From NCBI GenBank assembly GCA_041394725.1, contig JAWKHR010000018.1, positions 4,359 through 68,358 on the forward strand: DNA of 64,000 nucleotides, written 5' to 3'. A program made the position numbers and the translations under genes. Below the pieces are notes generated by a model, which ran no database searches, had not been told where the DNA came from, and saw only the letters and a list, made by a program, of their open reading frames with translations. The stretch is from Vicinamibacterales bacterium. GTDB lineage: Bacteria; Acidobacteriota; Vicinamibacteria; Vicinamibacterales; SCN-69-37. Position 1 is the first letter of the stretch; the number at the start of each line of letters is the position of its first letter. Below are positions 1-9,789 of the stretch, one piece after another.

Positions 1-246
1 CCCGAGGCCCGCCAGCAGCGCGACCAGGGCGAACCAGATCACGCCGCCCAGGGCCACCGGCACGCCCCAGACCGAGCCGTACGGGCTGAGGTAGACCTGC
101 GAACAGTTGAAGGTGGCGTTGATGTCGCACGGGCTCACGTAGGTCGGGTCGACGATGAGCCGGTAGTGGACCCAGGCCGAGGAACCGGCGAAGGCCAGGC
201 CGACCAGAGCCAGCCCCAGAATCAGCCATCGAGTGCGCGGAGACAT
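1..246 (-). CDS. Vitamin K epoxide reductase (VKOR) family protein, 5' part only (continues past left edge)
   Basis: Not in the ORF track because there is no stop in the window. Manual minus-strand translation from ATG 246..244 gives MSPRTRWLILGLALVGLAFAGSSAWVHYRLIVDPTYVSPCDINATFNCSQVYLSPYGSVWGVPVALGGVIWFALVALLAGLG. A TM helix followed by a C-x7-C loop, S.Y and GVP.A.GG matches the VKOR N-terminal signature as I recall it. Confidence 0.6.
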   Translation of the reverse strand, partial: MSPRTRWLILGLALVGLAFAGSSAWVHYRLIVDPTYVSPCDINATFNCSQVYLSPYGSVWGVPVALGGVIWFALVALLAGLG

Positions 247-357
247 GGGGTTGTTTGTACCACAGTCCTGGGGGCCGGCCGTCGCGCGGGGCCCCAATCG
301 GAAGAGTGCCCGGAACCCGGTCGAAACCGGGTCCCGGGCGGTCGAAACACGGCTCCG

Positions 358-897
358 TTACTGGATGACGGAGACCGTCGCGCTGGCCGTGAACGGCTCC
401 GTCGGCGCGGTGCCGGACGGGTCCGTGTTCTGCCAGATCGTGTTGCCGGTGTTCACCGCGAACGCGCGGCTGCCGGTCGTGCCCGGCGTCTGCGGCTCGG
501 CCGACGCGTACCAGGCCGAGTTGGTCGCCGTGCCGTTGCAGTCGTTCGGCCCCGGCGACGAGCCCGTGCCCGCCACCAGGTCGAAGTCGTAGCCGCTCTT
601 CTGCACGGGCGCCGCATGGCCCAGGTCCTTCGAGATGAAGGCCTCGGCGTTCGGGTCCGCACCAGGCGCCGTTCCGAGCACCTGGTAGCTGGACGCGTAG
701 CCACCGTTGCCGCACACCGCCGAGTAGGCGACCTGCGACGAGGTGGTGACCTTCAGCGACGCGATGGCCGAGGTCTCGTTGCCCGTCATACGGGCGCGGA
801 GCAGGCCCGGCACGGCGATCGCCGCGATGATGCTGATGATCGCCACGACGATCAGCAGCTCAATGAGGGTAAAACCCTTGTCTCCTCTACCGTTCAT
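358..897 (-). CDS. pilA: Type IVa major pilin
   Basis: ORF 358..924. Best start is ATG 897, preceded by GAGGAG. Short leader MNGRGDKG, then FTLIELLIVVAIISIIAAIAVP (prepilin peptidase site with G-1/F+1/E+5). Two Cys lie in the C-terminal globular part. Confidence 0.9.
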   Translation of the reverse strand: MNGRGDKGFTLIELLIVVAIISIIAAIAVPGLLRARMTGNETSAIASLKVTTSSQVAYSAVCGNGGYASSYQVLGTAPGADPNAEAFISKDLGHAAPVQKSGYDFDLVAGTGSSPGPNDCNGTATNSAWYASAEPQTPGTTGSRAFAVNTGNTIWQNTDPSGTAPTEPFTASATVSVIQ

Positions 898-1006
898 ATC
901 CGTTGCTCTCCTCAAAAGGTGCACTCACTGTTTGTCCTAGCTCACACAGCGGCCGGCCGCGTAGTGGTTGCGCACCTGCCCAAGCACCGTCCGCAATCTC
1001 TTTCTT

Positions 1007-1022
1007 AGCAACCTTGATACCA
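1007..1022 (-). promoter_or_regulatory. sigma-54 (-24/-12) promoter candidate upstream of pilA
   Basis: The minus strand reads TGGTATCAAGGTTGCT, against the consensus TGGCAC-N5-TTGCW. GG and TTGC are at the correct spacing. It lies about 110 nt upstream of pilA ATG 897. Many type IV pilin genes are RpoN/PilR dependent. Confidence 0.5.
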
Positions 1023-1170
1023 CCCTTTTGCCCCGGGCGGCATGACCTCGTAACCCGTTGATTCCTCTGATGTTCCGGCCAAATCTCCGGAACCGTCCCT
1101 TCCGGTGTCGCGTGCGACCCACCAGACTGGCTGGCAGGTCGGCACGCGCGCTCACAATTTTGACTGTCGT

Positions 1171-2364
1171 CTAGGACAGTTGGTTGATCAGCTCGAACAG
1201 CGGCAGGTACATCGAGATGACGATGCCGCCGACGATGACGCCCAGGACGCAGATCAGGGCGGGCTCGAGGATCGTGAGCAGGCCCGCCACGGCGACGTCC
1301 ACCTCGTCCTCGTAGAAGTCGGCGATCTTGCTCAGCATCGTGTCCAGGGCGCCGGTGCTCTCGCCCGCGCCGATCATCTGGGCCACCATGGGCGGGAACA
1401 CGCCGGTCTCGCGCAGGGGGGCGGCCACGGTCTCGCCGCGCTCGATCTTGCTGCGGACGGTGTGGATCGCCTTCTCCACGACGGCGTTGCCGGCCGTCTT
1501 GGCCGTGATGTCGAGGCCGTCCAGGATGGGCACGCCCGACGAGAGCAGGGTCGCCAGCGTCCGGCAGAACCGGGCGACGGCGACCTTGCGCAGGATCTTG
1601 CCGATGAGCGGCATCCGGAGCAGGACGCCGTCCACCTTCATCCGGCCGTTCGGGGTCGCGTAGTAGCGCCGGAAGAGGTAGCCGAAGCCCATGGCGCCGG
1701 CGATCAGGAACGGCATGGCGACGATCAGCTTCTGGCTGGCGAAGAGCACGATCCGGGTGGCCAGCGGGAGGGTCGCGCCGAGGCCCCGGAACAGGTCGGT
1801 GAACGTCGGGACGACCTTCCACAGGATGACGAACACGACGACCACCGCGATGCTCAGGACCGCGATCGGGTAGATCATCGCGGACCGCACCTGCGCCTTC
1901 AGCTTGGCCTGCTTCTCGATGTACTCGGACAGGCGCTTGAGGATGACGTCGAGGATACCGCCCGCCTCGCCGGCGGCCACCATGTGGGTGTACAGCGGGT
2001 CGAAGGCGAACGGCCGCTTCTGCATCGCGTCGTTGAGGGCGGCGCCGCCCTCGACGTCCTGCCGGACCTGCTCGATGGCCGCGGCGAGCCGCTTGTCGGG
2101 CTCCTCCTTGGCGAGCAGTTCCAGGCACTGCACGAGCGGCAGGCCCGCGTCGATCATGACCGAGAACTGGCGGGTGAAGATGGCCAGGCTCTTGTCGGAG
2201 ACGCGCTTGTAGCGCTGCTGCTTCTTGGCCGCCGGTCCGACCTGCGTCACGAGGATCTGCTCGCGGCGCAGCGCGTCGGTGAGCGCGGCCTGGGATTCGG
2301 CGGCCCGCTCGCCCTTGACGACCTGTCCGTTCCGTGTCCGTCCGACCCACGCGTACGTCGTCAT
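1171..2364 (-). CDS. pilC: Type IV pilus assembly platform protein PilC (GspF family)
   Basis: 397-aa ORF with duplicated GspF-type cytoplasmic domains and 3 TM segments (..[11 protein letters not shown].., ..[11 protein letters not shown].., ..[13 protein letters not shown]). It sits between pilT and pilA. Confidence 0.92.
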   Translation of the reverse strand: MTTYAWVGRTRNGQVVKGERAAESQAALTDALRREQILVTQVGPAAKKQQRYKRVSDKSLAIFTRQFSVMIDAGLPLVQCLELLAKEEPDKRLAAAIEQVRQDVEGGAALNDAMQKRPFAFDPLYTHMVAAGEAGGILDVILKRLSEYIEKQAKLKAQVRSAMIYPIAVLSIAVVVVFVILWKVVPTFTDLFRGLGATLPLATRIVLFASQKLIVAMPFLIAGAMGFGYLFRRYYATPNGRMKVDGVLLRMPLIGKILRKVAVARFCRTLATLLSSGVPILDGLDITAKTAGNAVVEKAIHTVRSKIERGETVAAPLRETGVFPPMVAQMIGAGESTGALDTMLSKIADFYEDEVDVAVAGLLTILEPALICVLGVIVGGIVISMYLPLFELINQLS

Positions 2365-3482
2365 CGTGCCTCCTGTCGCAACGGCCGGCGGGCCGCGATC
2401 GACGCCGGCGGCGCGGCGTGCTGCGTGCCGCGCTCCAGAATCATGAAGAGCTCGTCGCGGTTGGCCGACACGTTGGCGGCCGTCTCCCGCGTGATCACCC
2501 GGCGTTCGACCAGCCGCGCGAGCGACTGGTTCATCGTCTGCATGCCGAGCTTCTCCTGGCCGGCCTGCATCGTGCCGTAGATCTGGTGGATCTTGTCGTC
2601 GCGGATCAGGTTCCGGATGGCCGGCGTCGCGACCAGGATCTCGAGCGCCGCCACGCGGCCGGCGCCGCCCGCCTTCGGCAGCAGCGTCTGCGTCACGATC
2701 CCCTCGAGCACCAGCGAGAGCTGCGTGCGGATCTGCGCCTGCTGGTGCGCCGGGAAGGCGTCGATGATGCGCGTCACGGTCTGCGCCGCCGAGTTGGTGT
2801 GCAGCGTGCCGAGCGTCAGGTGGCCCGTCTCGGCGAGCTTCATCGCGGCTTCCATCGTCTCGAGGTCGCGCATTTCGCCGACCAGCACGACGTCCGGGTC
2901 CTCACGGAGGGCGGCCCGGAGGGCGAGCGAAGCTCTGCGTCGGAATCGAGTCTGCGCTGGCCGACCAGCGCGGTCTTGTAGGTGCAGGTACTGATCGGGT
3001 CCTCGATCGTCAGGATGTGCACCGGTTTGGCGGCGTTGATCCGGTCGATGACCGCGGGCCAGGGTCGTCGACTTGCCGCTGCCCGTCGGCCCGTCACCAG
3101 CACGAGGCCGCAAGGATCGGCCAGGTCCGAGACACCACGGCATGCCGAGCTCGTCGAGCGTCCGATCTTCTCCGGGATGAGGCGGGAACACCGAGCTCCA
3201 CCGCGCCCTGCTGGCTGAAGACGTTGCACTGGAAGCGGCCGACGCCGCGCAGGCCGAACGCGAGGTCGAGTTCCCAGGTCTCCTCGAACTTCTTCTTCTG
3301 GGGCGTCGGTCAGGACGCTGCAGGCGAGGGCCTTGGTCACGTCCGGCAGCGTCAGGTCCGGCAGGTCGAGCCGGCGCAGGTCGCCGTCGACACTGACCTG
3401 CGGTGGCGATCCGATGGACAGGTGGAGGTCCGAGCTTTCCGAGGTCGAGCGTCGCGCGCAGCAGTTCTGGCAGGTTCATCAC
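2361..3482 (-). pseudogene. pilT: Twitching-motility ATPase PilT; N-terminal half disrupted by multiple frameshifts (or sequence errors)
   Basis: The ORF is open end to end, but only the first ~15 aa ([15 protein letters not shown]) and the last ~190 aa ([45 protein letters not shown]...[15 protein letters not shown]...) look like PilT. The middle is Arg/Pro-rich nonsense. The missing motifs lie in other frames: GLVLVTG and [21 protein letters not shown] in frame 2840..3340, and [11 protein letters not shown] in the main frame. Confidence 0.8.
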
Positions 3483-5239
3483 ATGGTCTCCCGCACCACT
3501 TCCTCGATCGTCGAAACACCTCTGGCGGACCTTCTCGAGCCCGTTTGGCGAAGCGCCACATCCCGTCGGTCACCGCCTGCCGGCGCAGGTCGAGTTGAGG
3601 ACGCCCCGGTGATGACGAGCTCGCGGAAGGCCTTGTCATCTCCATCACCAGAGCAGGCCCACGCGGCCCTTTGTAGCCCGTGCTGCCGCACCGGTCGCAC
3701 CCGCGGCCCGCGCATCGGCTTGACGGTCTGGCCACGCCGGGCGCGAAGCCCGCCTCGACGAGCCGGGACCGTCGCACACGGGTGCGGTTCCTTGCACTGC
3801 CGCAGATCCGCCGCAACAGGCGCTGGCCGCGATCAGGTTGAGCGAGCTGGCGACGAGGAACGACTCGATGCCCATGTTCACCATGTGGCCGGATGCTGCT
3901 CGGCGCGTCGTTGGTGTGCAGCGTCGAGAGCACGAGGTGGCCCGTCAGCGCGGCCTTCACCGCGATGCCCGCCGCCTCGCTGTCGCGGATTTCGGCTGAC
4001 CAGGATGATGTTCGTCCTGCCGCAGGAACGACCGCAGCACCGAGGCGAAGCCGAGCCCGACCTTGCGGACCTGCACCTGGTTGATGCCGGCGCAGCTGAA
4101 CTCGATCATCCTCGGCCGTCATGATGTTCGCGCCCGGCTGGTTGATCTGCGCGAGCGACGAGTAGAGGTGTTGGTCTTGCTGCCGTTCGTCGGGCCGGTC
4201 ACCAGCACCATCCCCCACGGTTTGCGGATGGCGCGGTCGAATCGCGCCAGCATGCGTCGGGCTCGAAGCCGAGTTTGGCCGCGTCGAGCCGGAGGCCTCC
4301 GGGTCGAGCAGGCGGAGCACGATCTTCTCGCCGAAGAGGGTCGGCAGGCACGACACGCGGAAGTCGATCTCCCCCGACCCGGCCGCGGTCGTTGAACTGC
4401 GCTCTGATGCGGCCGTCCTGCGGGAGGCGCTTCTCGGCGATGTCGAGCTTCGCCATGATCTTGATGCGCGACGAGATCGCGTCCCGGTACTTCATGCCGG
4501 GCTGCATGACCACCTGCAGCACGCCGTCGATGCGGAAGCGGATCCGCAGTTCCTTCTCGTACGGCTCGATGTGGATGTCGCTCGCGCCCCGCTGGATGGC
4601 CGAGAGCATCAGCGCGTTGACCAGCCGGATGATCGACGTCTCGCCACCCTGACGCTCGAGCGACGCCGCGTCGATCTCCTCCGCGTCGTCGATGAGCTCG
4701 AGGTCCTCGTTCGCGCCGAAGTCCCGGAGCGCCTCGTTGACCAGGTCCGACGAGGCGCCCTTGCTCTCCTTCGACGAGGGCGACGGGGACGAGCCGTTCT
4801 TCCCGTGGCCCCCGTGGGCCCCATAGGCCCGGGCGATGGCCTCCTTCATCGCCGCCTCGGACGCCACCACCGGCTCGACGTGCAGGCCGGTCATGAACTT
4901 GATGTCGTCCATGGCGAAGACGTTCGCCGGGTCGGTCATCGCCAGCGTCAGCACGGTGCCGTTCCGGCCGACGGGAATCACGTTGTAGCGCGCCGCGGTC
5001 TCGGCCGGGATCAGGCGGACCGTGCCGGCGTCGAGGTCGCACTCGGCCAGGTTCACCGAGGGCACGCCGTAGTGCTTGCTGAGGAGCGACGGGATGTCTT
5101 CGTCTTTGAGGAACCCGAGCTTGATCAGACTGGCAGCCAGACGTCCACCATTCGACCGCTGGTGGTTCATCGCCTCCTGCAGCTGGGCCGGGGTGACGCG
5201 CTTCTCGCGCAGCAGTAGTTCGCCGAGACGGACAGCCAT
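3479..5239 (-). pseudogene. pilB: Type IV pilus assembly ATPase PilB (GspE family); C-terminal half disrupted by many frameshifts (or sequence errors)
   Basis: Start ATG 5239 after AAGGAG. The N-terminal ~290 aa are clean (MAVRLGELLLREKRVTPAQLQEA ... RLPQDGRIRAQFN). Downstream motifs are scattered over all three frames: IDFRVSCLPTLFGEKIVLRLLD, LRLDAAKLGFEPD, ARFDRAIRKPWGMVLVTGPTNGSKT, EIRDSEAAGIAVKAALTGHLVLSTLHTNDAPSSI, CDRCGSTGYKG, and the terminal [13 protein letters not shown]. The TGA stop overlaps the pilT ATG. Confidence 0.85.
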
Positions 5240-5329
5240 GGCTCCTTCGCACACGGCCGTCGCCTGGGCGCGTTCGCGCGGATGCCCAGAGCCTCGGTGT
5301 CCCCCGCGGGGACTGGAGCGCCGCCCCGG

Positions 5330-6307
5330 CTAGTACCCGGCGCGGAGCGCGACCCCGAAGCCCCGGTCTCCGTCCAGCCTGCTGCGAGCGTAGTGGCCGT
5401 CCAGCCAGAAGCCGGACCAGAGCATCACACTGCCCCCCACCGTTCCGACCGGCGTCCGGCTGCCCTCCGCCTCGAGGTTCCAGCGCACGCCGCCCCGCAC
5501 AGACAGGCGCGATCCCAGACGGCTCTCGCCGCCAAAGGCGATCGTTCGACGAAGGCCGTCCCGGAGGCCGACCGTGTTCAGGTCGACATCCATAGCAAGG
5601 GTCAGGCCATCCGTCGGAAGCACGGCGACGCCCAGTCGGGCCTGCCGCTCGAGCCGGATGTCAGTTCCGTCAATCTCGCCCAGGACCGGTTCCCTCAGAT
5701 TCTTCAGGTTCACCCCGGCCCGGACCTTGACGAAGTCGAGCATCACGCCGACGTCGAGGTCAAAGCCACTCCGGGCCTCCCGCTCGATCTCCTCCAGCCG
5801 GTCGAGCGCCGCCTCGCCCGTCAGGGCCTCCGCCGGGCCGGAAACCCCGTATCCACGCACGTACTTGAGGGTGCTGCCGACGACCACGCCTGTAACGATC
5901 GTCTGCAGAATCGTCACTCCGTACTGGCGGGCTTCGAGGACCTGCCCGCGAGGCTCGCCCGAGGCCGACGGCACGAGCGACGTCTCCTGAAGCTGGGCGT
6001 ACGAGAGGCCGAGCGGCCAGCTGCCGAAGCCGGTGAACGTGGACTTGCGGCGAGTCAGACCCGGAACAGCCGGGCCCTGGAGATCACCAAACTGTGATCG
6101 ATTCCACTCGATTGTCGCTCCGTACGGCTGGCCACCCGCCAGGCCTGCGGGGTTCCAGTAGACCGCCGTCGCGTCGTCGGCCACCGCCGTGAAGGCCCCT
6201 CCCATGCCGAGGGCCCGCTCGCCAATCGCTTCCATGACGATCTGTGCGGAAGCGAACACTGGCGTGACCAACGTCAGCAGCAAGGCAGCGAGAATTCGGC
6301 GGGACAT
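5330..6307 (-). CDS. Outer-membrane beta-barrel protein (FadL/PorV-like N-terminal motif)
   Basis: ORF 5330..6388. Likely start is ATG 6307, giving signal peptide MSRRILAALLLTLVTPVFASAQ. It has GMGGAFTAVADDATAVYWNPAGLA, an amphipathic beta-strand pattern, and the C-terminus ...ALRAGY. Confidence 0.6.
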   Translation of the reverse strand: MSRRILAALLLTLVTPVFASAQIVMEAIGERALGMGGAFTAVADDATAVYWNPAGLAGGQPYGATIEWNRSQFGDLQGPAVPGLTRRKSTFTGFGSWPLGLSYAQLQETSLVPSASGEPRGQVLEARQYGVTILQTIVTGVVVGSTLKYVRGYGVSGPAEALTGEAALDRLEEIEREARSGFDLDVGVMLDFVKVRAGVNLKNLREPVLGEIDGTDIRLERQARLGVAVLPTDGLTLAMDVDLNTVGLRDGLRRTIAFGGESRLGSRLSVRGGVRWNLEAEGSRTPVGTVGGSVMLWSGFWLDGHYARSRLDGDRGFGVALRAGY

Positions 6308-6435
6308 GGTGAAGAAGACTACCACCGGAAGTGTATGACGACAGGGAACTTCCGCCGGTGGCCAACGTAATTGCTCGCGGCGGTACAATTAGACGTTTGG
6401 GGATCCAGTCCTCGCCCGGAGAGAGGGTAACCGCC

Positions 6436-7179
6436 ATGACCGAATCCGAAACCCCTGCCCCGTCGCCCGACATGGGCCTGCTCGCGCGTGCCATCGGCGT
6501 CATCACGTCGCCGACGGCCACGTTCCAGGCCATCGTCCAGCAGCCCCGTCCGGTGATCATCCTGCTGCTCATCGCCCTGGTCACGGGCGTGTCCGCGGCC
6601 ATCCCGCAGTTCACCGAGCGCGGGCGGCAGGCGGCCCTGCAGATGCAGGTGGAGCAGATGGAGCGCTTCACGGGGCAGCCCCTGTCGGACGAGATGTATC
6701 AGCGCATGGAGGCGCAGAGCCACTCGCCCATCGGCGGGATCGGGGCGGTCGTGGGCACGCTGATCTTCATGCCGATCATCGCGCTGTTCTTCACGGCGCT
6801 CTACTGGGCGGTGTTCAACGCGGTGCTCGGCGGGACGGCGGCCTTCAAGCAGGTGCTCGGGGTGGTCACCCACTCGATGGTGGTGCTGGCGCTGGGCGCG
6901 CTGGCCACGCTGCCCGTGCAGCTGATGTCCACGAAGTGGACGACCACGGGGCCGTTCAACCTGGCGGCGCTCGCGCCGATGCTGGCGCCCGAGAGCTTCC
7001 TCTCGCGGGTGCTGTCGGGGCTCAACGTCTTCACGATCTGGCAGATCGCCATCCTCGGCATCGGGCTGGGGGTGCTCTACAAGAAGAAACCCGGCGGGAT
7101 CACGGTGACGCTGATGGTCCTGTACGTGGTCATCGTCGTCGGCGTCGTCTCGATCTTCTCGTCGTTCATGGGCAGGTAA
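6436..7179 (+). CDS. Yip1-domain-like integral membrane protein
   Basis: ORF 6331..7179. ATG 6436 follows GGAGAGAGGG. It has about 5 hydrophobic helices and the N-terminal region GLLARAIGVITSPTATFQAIV, which is typical of bacterial Yip1/DUF1282-type proteins as I recall them. Confidence 0.55.
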   Translation: MTESETPAPSPDMGLLARAIGVITSPTATFQAIVQQPRPVIILLLIALVTGVSAAIPQFTERGRQAALQMQVEQMERFTGQPLSDEMYQRMEAQSHSPIGGIGAVVGTLIFMPIIALFFTALYWAVFNAVLGGTAAFKQVLGVVTHSMVVLALGALATLPVQLMSTKWTTTGPFNLAALAPMLAPESFLSRVLSGLNVFTIWQIAILGIGLGVLYKKKPGGITVTLMVLYVVIVVGVVSIFSSFMGR

Positions 7180-7183
7180 CGGA

Positions 7184-8530
7184 ATGAACCGAAAGAAGCT
7201 CCTCATCGGTCTGCTGGTCGTCGTCGTGCTGGGGGTGATCGCGTGGGCCAACGTCGGCCTCAACCGGTCGTCCGGCCTGTCGGTGACGACGGAGAAGATC
7301 GAGAAGCGCAACCTCGAAGCCATCGTCTCCGCGTCGGGCACGGTCCAGCCGCAGAAGTCGGTGAACATCAGCGCCGAGACCATGGGCAAGGTCGTCAACC
7401 TGACCGTGGCGGAGGGTGACCTGGTCAAGCGCGGGCAGCTGCTCCTCGAAATCGACCCGCGCAACCTGGAGACCGCGGTTCAGAACCGGTCGGCGAGCCT
7501 CGAGACGGCGCGCTCGGTGCTGGCGCAGCAGCAGGCGCAGTACGAGAATTCGCAGGTCAACCTGCAGCAGGCCAAGGACGACCTGAAACGGCAGGAAGGC
7601 CTGTATGAGGCCGGCCTCCTGGCGCGCGACGCGTACGAGCGCGCCATGAACAACGTCTCGATGCGCGAGACCGACCTCAAGGTGCAGCAGCGGCAGATCG
7701 AGGCGCAGGAACAGCGCGTCAAGCAATCGGAGGCGGACCTGAACAGCGCGCAGTACGACCTGAACAAGGTCCGCGTCGTCTCGCCGTTCGACGGCCTGGT
7801 CACGCGCCGCAACATCGAGGAGGGCGAGACGGCGGTGGTCGGCACGATGAACAACGCGGGCACCGTCCTGCTGACGATCGCGGACCTGTCGGTCATCGAG
7901 ACGGAGATCGAGGTCGACGAGACCGACATCCCGTTCATCACGATCGGCCAGCCGGCCAAGGTGACGATCGACGCCCTGCCGGACAAGGAATTCCCGGGCC
8001 ACGTGACCGAGGTGGGCAACAGCCCGATCCAGACGACCACGGCCGGCCAGCGGGCGACGAACTTCAAGGTGGTCGTGACGATCGACGGCGCAGTGCCGGG
8101 CGTCCGTCCCGGCTTCACCTGCACGGCGGTCATCACGACGGCGACCCGCGCGGACGCGGTCGCGGTGCCGATCCAGGCGATGACGGTGCGCGAGCGGGTC
8201 GTGGACGCGAGCGGCGAGATGGTCAAGACGGAGATGCCGGCCGGCCCGGCCGGCGCGGCCCGGCGTCCGACGACGCCCGCCACGCTCGAGCCCGGCCAGG
8301 AGCGGAAGGAGATCGAGGGCGTGTTCCTCATCAAGGACGGCCGCGCGGTCTTCCAGCCGGTCAAGATCGGCATCGCGGGCGAGAAGCACTTCGAGGTGCT
8401 CTCGGGCCTCCAGGCCGGCGACGAGGTGATCACGGGCCCGTTCGCCTCGGTGCGCAACCTGCGCGAGGGCGACGAGGTGAGGGTGAACAACTCGACGGTC
8501 GGGCCGCAGTCGACGCAGGCCGGCGGCTAG
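7184..8530 (+). CDS. HlyD/MacA-type periplasmic adaptor (membrane fusion protein)
   Basis: 448 aa. N-terminal TM anchor, biotinyl-lipoyl-like segments (GKVVNLTVAEGDLVKRGQLLLEID ... VVSPFDGLVTRRNIEEGE), a long coiled-coil hairpin, and a beta-barrel region (AKVTIDALPDKEFPGHVTEV). Confidence 0.85.
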   Translation: MNRKKLLIGLLVVVVLGVIAWANVGLNRSSGLSVTTEKIEKRNLEAIVSASGTVQPQKSVNISAETMGKVVNLTVAEGDLVKRGQLLLEIDPRNLETAVQNRSASLETARSVLAQQQAQYENSQVNLQQAKDDLKRQEGLYEAGLLARDAYERAMNNVSMRETDLKVQQRQIEAQEQRVKQSEADLNSAQYDLNKVRVVSPFDGLVTRRNIEEGETAVVGTMNNAGTVLLTIADLSVIETEIEVDETDIPFITIGQPAKVTIDALPDKEFPGHVTEVGNSPIQTTTAGQRATNFKVVVTIDGAVPGVRPGFTCTAVITTATRADAVAVPIQAMTVRERVVDASGEMVKTEMPAGPAGAARRPTTPATLEPGQERKEIEGVFLIKDGRAVFQPVKIGIAGEKHFEVLSGLQAGDEVITGPFASVRNLREGDEVRVNNSTVGPQSTQAGG

Positions 8531-8563
8531 CCGGACCGGAGGGAAAGGCCGGACGCCGGGTCC

Positions 8564-9787
8564 ATGCATCAGTTCCTCGAAGCCGCAGGCATCGCGCTCC
8601 AGGCGATCTGGGCGAACAAGCTGCGGTCGCTGCTCACCGTGCTCGGCAACATCGTCGCGGTGACGTCGATCATCGCGGTCGTGTCGCTCGTCCAGGGCCT
8701 GAACGCGAGCGTCCAGGACATGATCCAGTCGCAGTTCGCGGCCGACGCCTTCACGGTCTCGCGGACCGGCATCACGTTCACCGAGGAGGAGCAGCAGCGC
8801 GCCGCGCGCAATCCGCGCGTGACGATGGATGACGTGGACGCGGTGCGGGGGTCGAGCCCGAACATCGGCCTGGTCATGGCCGAGATCAACGCGAACGCGC
8901 AGGTCCGCTACCGCGGCGTCTCGGTGGACAGCGTGCAGGTCCGCGGCGTCACCAAGGACTACAACTTCGTGCCGTCCACGGCGATCGCGTTCGGGCGGAC
9001 GATCACGCCGTCGGAGTTCGACGCCGGTCGCAACGTTGCCATCCTCGGCTGGGACACGGCCGACACGCTCTTCGGACAGGTCACGCCGATCGACAAGACG
9101 ATCACGGTCAACGGCGTGCACTTCCTGGTGGTCGGGGTGGCGCCGCAGAAGGGCATGATCTTCAACCAGTCGCAGGACGAGTTCGTCGTGGTGCCGATCG
9201 TCGCGATGCAGCGGATCTTCGGGTCGCGCCAGAGCCTGCGGCTGACCGTCCGGCCGTCGGAGCCGTCGCTGGTCGAGGCGGCGAAGGACGACACGCGGCT
9301 GGCCCTGCGGATCCAGCGCCGGCTGCGGCCGAAGGAACCCGACAACTTCGGCATCCTGTCGTCGGACACGTTCCTCAACCTCTACACGCAGGCCACCCGC
9401 GGCATCTTCGCGGTGCTGCTGGGCGTCGTCAGCCTCTCGCTCGTGGTCGGCGGCATCGTGATCATGAACATCATGCTGATGGTCGTCAGCGAGCGGACGC
9501 GCGAGATCGGCCTGCGCAAGTCGCTCGGCGCCAGGCGGCGGGACATCCTCTGGCAGATCCTGACCGAGTCGATCACGCTCTCGACGTTCGGCGGGATGAT
9601 CGGCACCGGCCTCGGGTTCCTCGTCGCGTACGCAATCAGCCTGGTCAGCCCGCTGCCGGCCATCGTCGAGGCCTGGTCGGTGGCGCTGGGCATCGGCATG
9701 ACGGCGGCCGTCGGGCTGTTCTTCGGGCTCTATCCGGCCATGCGCGCGGCGTCCCTCGACCCGATCGAGGCGCTGCGGCGGGAGTAG
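8564..9787 (+). CDS. ABC-transporter permease, MacB/FtsX type (no ATPase domain)
   Basis: 407 aa. Has N-terminal NKLRSLLTVLGNIVAVTSIIAVVS, a large periplasmic domain, and a C-terminal FtsX domain (ERTREIGLRKSLGARRRDILWQ...PAMRAASLDPIEALRRE). Confidence 0.85.
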   Translation: MHQFLEAAGIALQAIWANKLRSLLTVLGNIVAVTSIIAVVSLVQGLNASVQDMIQSQFAADAFTVSRTGITFTEEEQQRAARNPRVTMDDVDAVRGSSPNIGLVMAEINANAQVRYRGVSVDSVQVRGVTKDYNFVPSTAIAFGRTITPSEFDAGRNVAILGWDTADTLFGQVTPIDKTITVNGVHFLVVGVAPQKGMIFNQSQDEFVVVPIVAMQRIFGSRQSLRLTVRPSEPSLVEAAKDDTRLALRIQRRLRPKEPDNFGILSSDTFLNLYTQATRGIFAVLLGVVSLSLVVGGIVIMNIMLMVVSERTREIGLRKSLGARRRDILWQILTESITLSTFGGMIGTGLGFLVAYAISLVSPLPAIVEAWSVALGIGMTAAVGLFFGLYPAMRAASLDPIEALRRE

Positions 9788-9789
9788 CC

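Noticed and set aside
166-1008. 280-aa plus-strand ORF over pilA
   Set aside because: It is antisense to the pilin gene. The pilin frame has the diagnostic prepilin leader.
887-2580. Overlapping 487-aa (-) and 491-aa (+) ORFs across pilC
   Set aside because: These are alternative-frame or antisense ORFs with Arg/Pro/Gly-rich nonsense. The PilC frame (1171..2364) carries the GspF-family motifs.
2361-3482. The pilT ORF looks intact (373 aa, uninterrupted)
   Set aside because: An open frame is not evidence of integrity here. Residues ~16-183 are non-homologous Arg/Pro-rich filler, and the true PilT motifs sit in other frames. It is therefore called disrupted, not intact.
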